Shown here in pieces: positions 25,396-36,065 of a stretch of 64,000 bases of DNA; the stretch's first letter is position 1, and the number at the start of each line of letters is the position of its first letter. A model generated the notes under the pieces. The model was not told the DNA's origin. It did not search any database and worked only from the letters and a program-made list of their open reading frames with translations. Both the position numbers and the translations under genes were made by a program. The DNA comes from Octopus sinensis (Eukaryota): positions 1,612,001 to 1,676,000 of the forward strand of contig NC_043011.1 of NCBI RefSeq assembly GCF_006345805.1, read 5' to 3'.

Positions 25396-25441
25396 GACAC
25401 CTGATGAAGGCTGGTGGGTATATCAGCCGAAACGTTGTGTT
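25396..25441 (+). ncRNA. Minimal type I hammerhead-like motif
   Basis: GACAC-CUGAUGA-A-GGCUG(gugggUAUAU)CAGCC-GAAA-CGUU-GUGUU. It has a 5-bp helix I, a helix II of at least 5 bp, a palindromic ACGU helix III and a GUU site at 25434-25436. Confidence 0.7.
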
Positions 25442-26058
25442 AACAATAAACATGATGAGGACAAATATCCATCAATTGTAAATAATGTACATAATTCCTC
25501 ATCTCCTAAATATGGAACTGTATTCTCACTACACCTCTTCCACTTTATTTTCCATTTCTTACTTATTACACTCTATCTCTTTTGGAGTAGAACTGTGTTC
25601 TTCTACAGCCCAGGGTTGGCTTTTCCCATATTTTTCTGTCAGAATGCGTTTTCAGCCCAGTGCTCGCATACTTTTCCTTGGGCTCTCTGTGTTCCTCAGG
25701 AGTTAGTCTAAGATGTAATTCTCCCAAGGTCACTTGCAGATTTATAATACATATAATGCTGGCAATACTCTATACTTTATTTCATTTTACTATACTTTAT
25801 CCTGAATTCTGCTACCCCTTATGTAGAATGTTCTTTTTATTCTTGAATGGGAGTAAACAGCTTCAATTTATTCCTATTGTATCTATACCTCTACAATTCA
25901 GGAATTTCTAATATCTACCTCTGTAACTAACTAGCTATGTATTAAGCATTTATTCTCTACTTCTCTTATTTTAATCCTTATTCCTGCTGTTCTCTTTACA
26001 GTGATTACTAATATCTTTAGAACTAGTTAAGTATTAACCATTTACGCTATATCTTTAA

Positions 26059-26320
26059 TGTTGTGTCTGGGGAGAGTCATTCTCTTTTAGTGTCTTATTA
26101 TTTAACACACTCACCAGTAAAATTTCCACTTATTTCTTATTTTTATTTTTTTAAATTTTCGCTGCGTGTTGCAACCTTTTCAAGAGTCAAGACTATTGAA
26201 AAGGTTGCAAGACACAACGAAAATTTTAGAAAATAAAAGTAAGAAATAAGTGGAAATTTTACCGGTGAGTGTGTTACATTATAAGGCACAAAAAGAAAAT
26301 GACTCTCCCCAGACACAACA
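26059..26320. repeat. Fold-back palindrome: ~125-bp arms, 12-nt centre
   Basis: 26059-26183 versus 26196-26320, about 90% identical by eye. Confidence 0.9.
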
Positions 26321-26865
26321 GAATATGCTTCAACAGACGAACTCATATAAAGAATCTTGCAAACCAAAATCCCAAAACGAAATATATTTTTAATACTTTA
26401 CTCCTAATTTCTACAGTTCTTTCTTGGTCTTATACAAGTGTTCCTAGACCTATTTTAATTTTAATTTACTCTATTTCTGCTCAACACTAACATATTGCAT
26501 AAATAAATAGTTTTATACCACACTTTAGTTTCTTCCTTTATTTTAGGTTTTTATTTTAGCTTCTTGAACCCCACCCCTACTCCACTTAACTGTATTTCTT
26601 TTATGCCTAGGCATGTCACGTTTTAGGGTCTCCAGGAATAGTTCTGGTTAGTTTCATTACCACACCTCACACTTTTCTTATGTAGTTTATTGCCTGTGTT
26701 CGTCCTACATCTTCCCCTACCACCTATATAATGCTACCTTACTTTAGTCATCATCATCATCATCAATATTGTTTGTGTTCCAACTTCTTCTTCTGCAATG
26801 GGTACCACTTTGTTGTTGTTGTTGTTGTTGTTACTATCATTATTATTGTTATTATTATTATTATA

Positions 26866-26912
<47 letters not shown>

Positions 26913-27359
26913 TTTCAAACTCTGCTGTGGTTGACTGTGCCTTTCATCCTTTCAGGGTTGATAAAATAAGTACCAGTTGAATACTAGGGTTGATGTGATC
27001 ACCTAGCCCCCTCCTCCAAATTTCAGGCCTTGTGCCTATAGCAGAAAGAATTACTATTATTATTATTATTATTATTGTTATTATTATTAAGGTGGTAAGC
27101 TGGCAAAATTGTTAGCACCCCAGGTAAAATGCTTATTGGCATTTCCTCTGTCTTTACATTCTGAGTTCAAATTCTGCCAAGGTCGACTTTGCTTTTCATC
27201 CTTTCAGGGGTTGATGAAATCAGTACCAGTGGAGCACTGGGGTCGATGTAATCGACTATCCCCCTTCTTCCCCAAATTTAAGGCTTTGTGCCTATAGTAG
27301 AAAGGATTATTATTTCTATTTTAATTTTTAATATTATTTTATTTTAATATTATTGTGTT

Positions 27360-27414
27360 TACTACAACTACTACTACTACTACAGAAGAAAATAAGATAT
27401 TAGTAATACTACTG

Positions 27415-27485
<71 letters not shown>

Positions 27486-27530
27486 ACTACTACTACTACT
27501 ACTTGTAGTAGCAGCAGTAGTAGTATTACT
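27360..27530. repeat. (CTA)n/(CTG)n compound trinucleotide repeat
   Basis: Seen directly. Confidence 0.95.
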
Positions 27531-27803
27531 AATATTTTCTTATTTTCTTCTTTAATACTGTTGTGGTTGTTGTTATTGTTTTTACTATGACCCTTCCTTT
27601 TTCTCTTTGTTATTTTCTTTATTTCATCATTAGATATTTATGGTTCTAAACCAAAATTACTATTCACATATCCATCATAATTCGATACTGGCAATTGTGG
27701 GACCATTTGTTATTGTCCACAATGTTTCTCTTTCCTTCTTTTCTCCTTCTTCTTCCTTTCTTCTTCTACTTCTTGTTTTTGTCCTCCTCCATATTCTTCA
27801 TAT

Positions 27804-28182
27804 GTGGAGGTGCAATGGCCCAGTGGTTAGGGCAGTGGATTCATGGTCATAGGATCGCGGTTTCGATTCCCAGACCCGGTGTTGTGAGCGAAAACACCTA
27901 AAAGCTCCACGAGGCTCTGGCAGGGGATGGTGGTGATCCCTGCTGTACTCTTTCACCACAACTTTCTCTCACTCTTACTTCCTGTTTCTGTTGTACCTGT
28001 ATTTCAAGGGGCTGGCCTTGTCACTCTCTGTGTCGCGCTGAATATCCTCGAGAACTACATTAAGGGTGCACGTGTCTGTGGAGTGCTCAGCCACTTACAC
28101 GTTAATTTCACGAGCAGGCTGTTCCGTTGATTCGGATCAACCGGAACCCTCATCGTCGTAACTGATGGAGTGCTTCCATTCC
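27804..28182 (+). mobile_element. tRNA-derived SINE (second family) with an 11-bp TSD
   Basis: Head tggcccagtggttagggc...ggtttcgattccc. TSD attcttcatat at 27793-27803 and 28183-28193. Confidence 0.9.
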
Positions 28183-28404
28183 ATTCTTCATATTTTTCTT
28201 CTTCTCTCATCTTCTTTATCTACTTTGGCATTGACACTTCATTTGCCCTGTCCATACTTTTACAGTCAATTTACATTTTCATCTTTATTTGCTTTCGTTC
28301 CTTTCTGATATAAAGAAAACACAAAGTCTGGCAGATGCGCAATATAAGAGCATACCTTTGTTGCAGGTCTGAGGCAGTGCCATTCTAATATTTAAAACTG
28401 CAAA

Positions 28405-28800
28405 TCTTTATATATAAAAGAGAGGTTGTGTGCTGTCTGTCTCCTACGATTTAGATTCCTAACTACTCCCACATTTTGCGGTGCAGTTTAACCAAAAACG
28501 GGTATCTTATAGTCATGATTCATATCGAGCCCTTCTGGGTATTAGCGCACGTCTACGATGAGTCTACGATTTAAAAAAAAATTTACCATCAATTTTTCCG
28601 ATTTTTAATGCATTTTTGGCATATATAAGGGAAGTAACTCTCTAAAAATTTATTATTAAATCTCAGAACGTAAAAAGCTACAGTAACCCCCCACCTTTGT
28701 GGTTAGCCATATTGAGATGGCTATTATACTTTACATCTCTAAAAATGCTTATATAGTTATTTCCCTTACAAACCCAAGCAACGCCGGGCAATACTGCTAG
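28405..28800 (+). mobile_element. Non-autonomous Helitron (~396 bp)
   Basis: A|TCtttatatataaaag 5' end, subterminal GC hairpin cccaagcaacgccggg, CTAG|T 3' end and no TSD. Confidence 0.85.
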
Positions 28801-29209
28801 TATTACATAAAATATTCACATGGAACTTTTGTGTGAACTGGTGTTGAAAGCAGAGCTGGTACAGAAACAATTATAGCTGATCCTTAAAGATGAGTCTTTC
28901 TTTGTCTTCTTATTTGGATTCTGTGTGAAAATGTGTGGTTTGGGTATTTGGCTTATGATAGTTAGCAGTGTGTTGTGTCCTTGAGCAAGATACTTTATTT
29001 CATGTTGCTCCAGTCCACTCAGCTAGTAAAAATGAGTTGTACCTGTAATTCACAAGGGCCACACTGTATCACACCGAATCTCCCTGGGAACTACGTCAAG
29101 GTTACTCATGTCTGTGGAGTACTCAGCCACTTGCGCATTAATTTCACAAGCAGGCTGTTCCATTGATCAGATCAACTGGAACCCTCGTCATAACCAGCAG
29201 AATGTCAGT

Positions 29210-29430
29210 TTACACACATACACACACGCACACAAACACACACACACACACATTCACACACACACACACACGCACGTGCACACACACACACACACACAGA
29301 CACGCACACACACATGCACACACACACATGCACACACACACACGCGCACACACACATGCACACACACAGACACACACACACACACACAAAGATGCACACA
29401 CACACACACACACACTCGTGCATGCACATA
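29210..29430. repeat. (CA)n-rich compound microsatellite
   Basis: Seen directly. Confidence 0.95.
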
Positions 29431-29994
29431 ATGTGTGTGTTTGTGTATTAGTTATCAGAAACTAGTTACTATTGCCTATTGCCTGCTGAATCAAAATATT
29501 TTGGTAGTTGTGTGTATAAATTGTTCAAAAAACTTTCTGCAAAGTAGTAATCTTGATTTAGCTTGTAGATTGTTCATAAAATTGGAGACTAATATCGGTC
29601 AGTGTTGATGATTTCCAATGAAATCTAGTTATTGCAACCAATATACCCACAACGGATTACTTCTCGAGTCTTTACGCTGAAATTCTCTATTTCCTTTGTG
29701 GCATTTCCAATAATTTGTTTTGTTGTTACTAAGAATTTCTTTCAAGCCATTTTCTATTTTAATTTAAAACTGGGGCTTTTGTTAACAATTAGTATAAAGG
29801 AAAGAAATATTAAAGCTTTTTCCTACTCTTACTTCTCAAAATATATTTGCAAAAAACAAAACAAAACAAAAACAAAACCAGCAAAAACAAAGCTAAAACA
29901 TGAAATACTCTCTGCTTGGTTGATTTGCATTCATTCTTGACAATAAAATGTTTCTTTACACCTCAGTGTTTTTATAAGAATATATTCTTTTTCT

Positions 29995-30207
29995 TTCTTT
30001 TCTTTCTTTTACTTGTTGCAGTCATTTGACTGCGGCCATGCTGGAGCACTGCCTTTAGTCAAGCAAATCAACCCCGGGACTTATTCTTTGTAAGCCCAGT
30101 ACTTATTCTTTCGGTCTCTTTTGCCGAACCGCTAAGTGACGGAGACTTAAACACACCAGCATCAGTTGTCAAGCAATGCTAGGGGGACAAACGCAGACAT
30201 ACACATG

Positions 30208-30247
<40 letters not shown>

Positions 30248-30420
30248 CATATATACAACAGGCTTCTTTCAGTTTCCGTCTACCAAATCCACTCACAAGG
30301 CATTGGTCGGCCCAGGGCTATAGCAGAAGACACTTGCCCAAGATGCCACGCAGTGGAACTGAACCCGGAACCATGTGGTTGGTTAGCAAGCTACTTACCA
30401 CACAGCCACTCCTGCGCCTA
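29995..30420 (-). mobile_element. Main SINE copy
   Basis: Full reverse match to the family. Confidence 0.85.
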
Positions 30421-30472
30421 TAATGGATGCATATTGGATCTACATAAGAGAGTAATATGCAAAATGGGAGTT

Positions 30473-30770
30473 TTGTGGAGGCACATGGCTTAGTGGTTAG
30501 AGCAGCGGACTTGCGGTCGAGGGATCGTGGGTTCGAATCTCAGACCGGACGATGTGTGTGTTTATGAGCGAAACACCTAAGCTCCACGCAGCTCTGGCAG
30601 AAAGTAATGGCAAAACTTCTGCTTACTCTTCCGCCACAACTTTCTCTCACTCTTTCCTCCTGCATCTTGCAGCTCACCTGCGACGGACCGGCATCCCGTC
30701 CATGTGGGGAACCTATATGCTGGGAAACTGGCCCTTATGAGCCAGGCATGGCTCGAGAAGGAACAAATGA
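30473..30770 (+). mobile_element. tRNA-derived SINE, subfamily related to the 27804 family
   Basis: Head gtggaggcacatggcttagtggttagagc...ggttcgaatct, then agcgaaacacctaagctccacg. Confidence 0.75.
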
Positions 30771-31160
30771 AATAGGAGTTTGTTTTTTAGAAATTGGTGT
30801 TAAGTTGAATTTACAAACATGTCATCATCATTGTTATCATGAGCACTGCCACCATCTCTTTCCATGTGTACTTTTTGTGTGCCTGCATGGATCAAATGAA
30901 TTTTGTTGAGGCAGATTTTCCTGTTGCTAATTTTCACTTATTTCTAAGCAAGGCATAATTACTTCCCTAATGGTCAAATATTTTTTCACAATGAACTCAA
31001 AACAAACAATAGCATTTATATGGTGACAGTTGTTTACAAAAATCACTCAATCATAATGGAGCAAAAACATGCATGCATACTACATACATTCTTGTACATA
31101 TCTGTCTGTATGTATGTGTGTCTCTGTCTATGCTGTGCTTGCATGTATACATACATACAT

Positions 31161-32262
31161 GCTGGCCAACCACTCATGATCGAGGAAGACCATTGCTGAC
31201 CTTATCTAGGACTAACTTATATTTTGCATTTTCAGCTCAGTTGGTGGTTAATGAGCCCTGCTCTTGACAAACATACACACGACTGTAAACATTGCAAACC
31301 AAGCTTTCTCCATTTACTACACCAGCAGTGCACTTTTGAGCAGCACGCTTTAGTTCTTCATACAGAATACATGCTCTCTCAAAAGTGTCGACCCCTCCTT
31401 AACCTGCTTTCTCCATTTGTGGTGTTGACAGGCATTGCTTTCCCAGTCAGTCTCATGCATATCACAAGACTTGACACAGTCCTTAACCCTTTTGTTACTG
31501 TATTTATTTTGAGATGTTCTGTGTTTCTCTCAATTATTTTAGATATAACAAAGAATTCACTAAAATAACCTGGTTATCATTAAGCTAGTGTCAGAGGCAT
31601 TAATTGTGGCTAAGGTTTGGTGGAAAATTTTAATTCAAAACTTATGAAAACAAGACATTTATACTACAGAGCAAGAGCTGTTTTCAGCTGGGTTGGTAAC
31701 GAAAGGGTTAAATTGCAGCCTTGATTTCTGCCAGGGTCTCTTCCCATTCACAAGTTCCCCATATAGCATCTGCTTAGGGATCCTGCAATCCTTCATTCTA
31801 ATAAGGTGTCCAGTCCAACATAATTGGTGCTTGTGCACCATTACCTCAATACTCAAAATATCAGTTGTCCTCAGGACCTGTGTGTCTGGAGTTTTTAAGG
31901 TCCAGCCAACATTCAGAATGTGTCTGAGACATCTCTGATGAAAGCATTCAAGGACCCTTACATGACTGCTGTAATGTTCCAGCCTGCGCCAGGATCTCCA
32001 TATGTGGAGCTATCTATCTTGGTTGAAGGAGCAATTCTGAAAGTGGTAGACAAGTTTATCTACCTGGGCAGCACACTCAGCCATTCTTGCTCCTTGGATG
32101 ACGAAATATCTTTCAGGTTGCAGAGAACAACTGATTCCATCCTGTCTCTTCAGTCTCGTGTCTGGTCCCAGAATGGCATTAAAAAGCAAACAAAAATTAC
32201 TGTGTACCGTGCATGTGTACTGATACTGCTCCTTTACTCATGTGAGACATGGACCCTTTACT
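31161..32262 (-). mobile_element. RTE LINE, 5'-truncated with an inverted 5' segment
   Basis: The minus strand from ~31966 down reads SHVRVLECFHQRCLRHILN...QLCWTGHLIRMKDCRIPKQMLYGEL...FKDCVK...W. The plus strand at ~31965-32261 reads TAVMFQPAPG...VVDKFIYLGS...LLLYSCETWTLY. Confidence 0.9.
31483..31711. mobile_element. TTAA-specific MITE, copy 4, inside the RTE
   Basis: TTAA TSDs. It splits the RTE codons ...RLQF|KDCV. Confidence 0.9.
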
Positions 32263-32304
32263 TACATACATACATAATACATACATACATACATACATAC
32301 ATAG

Positions 32305-32475
32305 TATGTTACTCTATCCAGATTACAAGTTCAGGTTTATACCTGTAATTATTAGGGCCTTAGGATATGTAACTCACTGCATAAATACCAATCTTGAGAA
32401 ATTAGGCTTCTCAAAACCAGAAAGGAGAAAGCTCTTTTGAAGACTACGATCCAGTCTATCACTGGATATGTAACT
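32305..32475 (+). mobile_element. REL-endonuclease LINE (Dong/R4- or NeSL-like) C-terminal fragment
   Basis: LLYPDYKFRFIPVIIRALGYVTHCINTNLEKLGF resembles IPVIVGALG. Confidence 0.6.
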
Positions 32476-33559
32476 ATATGTATACATATGTATTAAGTAT
32501 GTATACATAATACATATATGTATACATACATAAAACATACAAATCTGTGCATACATACATACATACATACACACAAGCATGCATGCATACATACATAAAT
32601 CCATACATAAAATACATACATATATACATGCACGCATGCATGCATACATACATACATCCATAAAATACATACATACCCTGTTGTTGATGTTGAAATTCCA
32701 ATGAAGGAGCCTTGGATCTTGGTTAGAAACCAATTCTTTCTCTATAGGCAAAAAATCTTGAAATAAACTGAATAATGACATATATACATATTGCTGAGCT
32801 TAACCTTTTAACATTCAAACTGGCCAGATCCAGCCTCCCACACATACCCTACAATGTCATTCTAAAAATAGGCAAGTATATCATCAAGATTTTGAAGGTA
32901 CAGGATAATACGTGATTAACTCAAAGCATTGTGAAAATAAGCATTAAATTTGACAGAGTAATCTGGATGCAAAAGGATTCAAAATTTTTTGGAGTAAATA
33001 CTATCATGCAAGGTTTATGCACCATTATTTTTACTTTTAAAGATGATTCTTTATTTTGTCTCAAAACCAGCCCCAAATACATAGTCCATCCCCTTCAAAT
33101 TCTAGGAATCTTATGTTTAGGACGTCAGAGGGATGATGGATAAGTTGTTCTTTATCTGTTGATGGCTTACACAGAGGAGGCAGGACAGGATCACTGACTC
33201 TTGTCTTAAGTCTCTCAGGAGAAAGGAAGAAGCTATCATAAAACTAGGGACCTAATGTAAGTGAATGCAATGGAGTAGACTCTGTTACAGGCACCTAAAG
33301 ACCAAGTATCATCATCATCATCATCATTTAACGTCCACTTTCCATGCTAGCATGGGTTGGACGGTTCAACTGGGGTCTGGGAAGCCAGAAGGCTGCATCA
33401 GGCCCAGTCTGATGATCTGGCAGTGTTTCCACAGCTGGATGCCTCCCTAACGCCAACCATTCCATGAGTGTGGTGGGTGCTTTTTATGTGCCAATAACGT
33501 GGAATTGGGAAAAGCATTAAGTCTTCCACCCTGGTTGGATTTGAACTCCTTATGTTTTA

Positions 33560-34400
33560 AAAATTAGCAAGTGGAAAAAAAAGGGTGCAATGCCCATGGT
33601 ATTTGTAGGCTCTCCTAGATATGAAGGTGATGTTCATTTCGAATGCATTTAAGTTGGCACCTGTAAGAACAGTGTGTGTACAAAAAAAAAGCCAGGTAGT
33701 TGCAGCTGTGGTGATATAATTTGGAAATATGTTTAGTGCGGAAGTGGAGCTGAGAGATGAGACAGTATGAGGTTGACTAAAGAAAAATATAGTCAATTAG
33801 GTAGAGGGGAATGTAGTTTGCTAGTTCAGAGGAGTGATGGCTATTATCATTTGGTAGAGTAGAAGAGACAGAAAGAAACGACAGTATTTGTGAAATAGTG
33901 TTTTTGCCAAGTGGTTAGCTTGCTTAGGATATTGCTTAGAATTCCTATGAGTATAACAGTTGTAACACCTTAAATAAGCAAGCAGTGTTCCATCATAGGT
34001 CTTCCTTGAATTTTTGTAGAGAATCAGCAATTGTTTTGGACCTGAAGTAGAAGCTTGGTGCTGAGGATATTGTTTTCATATGTAAAGGTGCCTTGAAAGT
34101 TTGTCAGAGATTGAATGAGTTAGTAGTTGAAGTGACTTTGAGAACTTTAGCTGTATATTTTTATCCTGTAAGCAGATAGTATCATTGGTGTCAGAATGAG
34201 TATAATTAAAAAAGCAGTTAGTAATGCCAATAATGTACAGAAACAAATACTTGTAGAAAACAAGGAATCTCAGAAAGCACTAAAATAACCTTATCATAGT
34301 CTCATCAGAATTGGGGTTATCTGACTGGAAATTCCAAGCCAAGAGACAAGAGATGCAAATTATTAAGAGACAGGAGATAGCCAAGAGCTTATTATGCCAG
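33560..34400 (-). mobile_element. Highly degenerate Penelope-like RT/thumb relic
   Basis: Frameshifted pieces resemble the PLE RT C-terminal region (...QLLILYKNSRKTYDGTLLAYLR...YPKQ). Confidence 0.35.
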
Positions 34401-35729
34401 ACACTGCTGACATAGATAAATCAAAGTAAATACCTCAGATTATTAGTCAGTTGCTTTATACTCTGGTACTTCACTATCAAATTTTGATCTAAAATATTGG
34501 TTTCAAATTTTGGCTCAAGGCCAGCAAGTTCAGTGGAGAGGGCACGTCGATTACATCAACCAGTTTTCAACTGGTACTTATTTTATTGACCCCGAAGGGA
34601 TTTTGGTCTGAAATATTGCACTCTCTGTACAGTTATTATACCAATATAGGGAACTGTGGATAAAGTTTAAACTGACTTTAAACAATTTGGTATTGCATAT
34701 TAAAACTTTATGAGTAACTCATGAGTCTGGACTTACAAGTTAAGAGAGCAGATGATGTTTTATCATGTTAGCTAAATGAGCAAGATCAAACCAACTTAGT
34801 ATTGAGTAGAAAAGGCAAGAAGTGAAGTTAAAATCTGGGACTGATTCTCAGCTCACACAAGTTTACTTTACTTTAGCTACTAATGCTCTTGGGATAGCCA
34901 TGTTCTTTCTCCATGCCTCTATTAAAACATGGGTACTTAAGAAGAATCCACTACATTGCAAACATTTGGATCAGGAGACTAGACTGCAAATAACTTCCTC
35001 CACCAGTTTCAGATGCCCTAATGAATATCATAAGGAGTATCTTTCATCCCCTAACAATGTGGTTGTGTAGTAAGGAGTTTGCTTCCCAACCATATGGCCA
35101 CATATGGGTTCAGTTCAACTGTGTGGTACCTTGGACCAAGTGTTTTTTTAAAATAGCCCCAGGCTAGCCAAAGCCTTGTGAATTGATTTGATAAAAGGAA
35201 ACTGAAAGAAGTCTGTCATATATATATGTGTGTGTATGTGTTTGTATCTGATAATTGTTCAAGGTGCACAATACTGAAACTGAACTTAGAATCGTGTGGT
35301 TCAGAAGCTAACGTTTTACCACACAGCCATGCCAGTACCTAATAAATTTGTTTTTTATGTTCTAAGTTTAAACCTTACCATAGTTAATTACCATATGATA
35401 AATTCAATCGACCATACTTATTCTCAATACATCTTGCTTTTGCCAGAAATTATTACAGAGAAAGAGCAGAGAACATTAAAGGATAAGAGTGAGCATGTAA
35501 TTATTACATGCAATCATTACTTTTATTGTTTCGATGTTTAATTAAAATAACGATTTGAGAGTCTTTTCAGGTATTTTTGTGAGCTTCCAATTAGTAAGTA
35601 ATGACAGTGATGTGACACAATCTACAATCTGTGAAGGGATTAAATAAATACCCTGAAGTTTTTGGTTACATTCTTTTATGTTATAAGTCCTAGAACCACT
35701 GATGTCAATTTTGGCTCACAATTTTGCCT

Positions 35730-36065
35730 CGACTAGCTCCAGTGCCGGTGGCACATAAAAAGCACCATCCGAACGTGGCCATTGCCAGCGCTGCCTTGGC
35801 TGGCTTCCGTGCTGCTGGTGGCACGTTAAAAGCTCCAACCGATTGTGGCCGATGTCAGACCCCCCCCTGGCACCTGTGCAGGTGGCACATAAAAAGCACC
35901 CACTACACTCGCGGAGTGGTTGGCGTTAGGAAGGGCATCCAGCTGTAGAAACTCTGCCAGATCAGACTGGAGCCTGGTGCAGCCCCTGGCTTCCCAGACC
36001 CCGGTCGAACCATCCAACCCATGCTAGCGCGGAAAACGGACGTTAAACGATGATGATGATGATGA
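35730..36065 (+). mobile_element. (GAT)n-tailed retroposon with ~3 internal units
   Basis: Same family as 162-360 and 18860-19270. Confidence 0.8.

Larger units (their letters stand above)
25090..25494. mobile_element. Divergent pair of PLE-type terminal repeats (~145-bp inverted arms at 25090-25233 and 25351-25494)
   Basis: Arms are about 90% identical by eye. The spacer holds (ATT)n and a reversed tRNA-like B-box fragment. Each arm carries a hammerhead-like motif. Confidence 0.75.

Noticed and set aside
34822-35070. 82-aa ORF with an apparent acceptor (ATNALGIAMFFLHASIKTW)
   Set aside because: It resembles the L2/Crack 3' motif (FFPRTxxLWN), so it is more likely a LINE relic than an exon.
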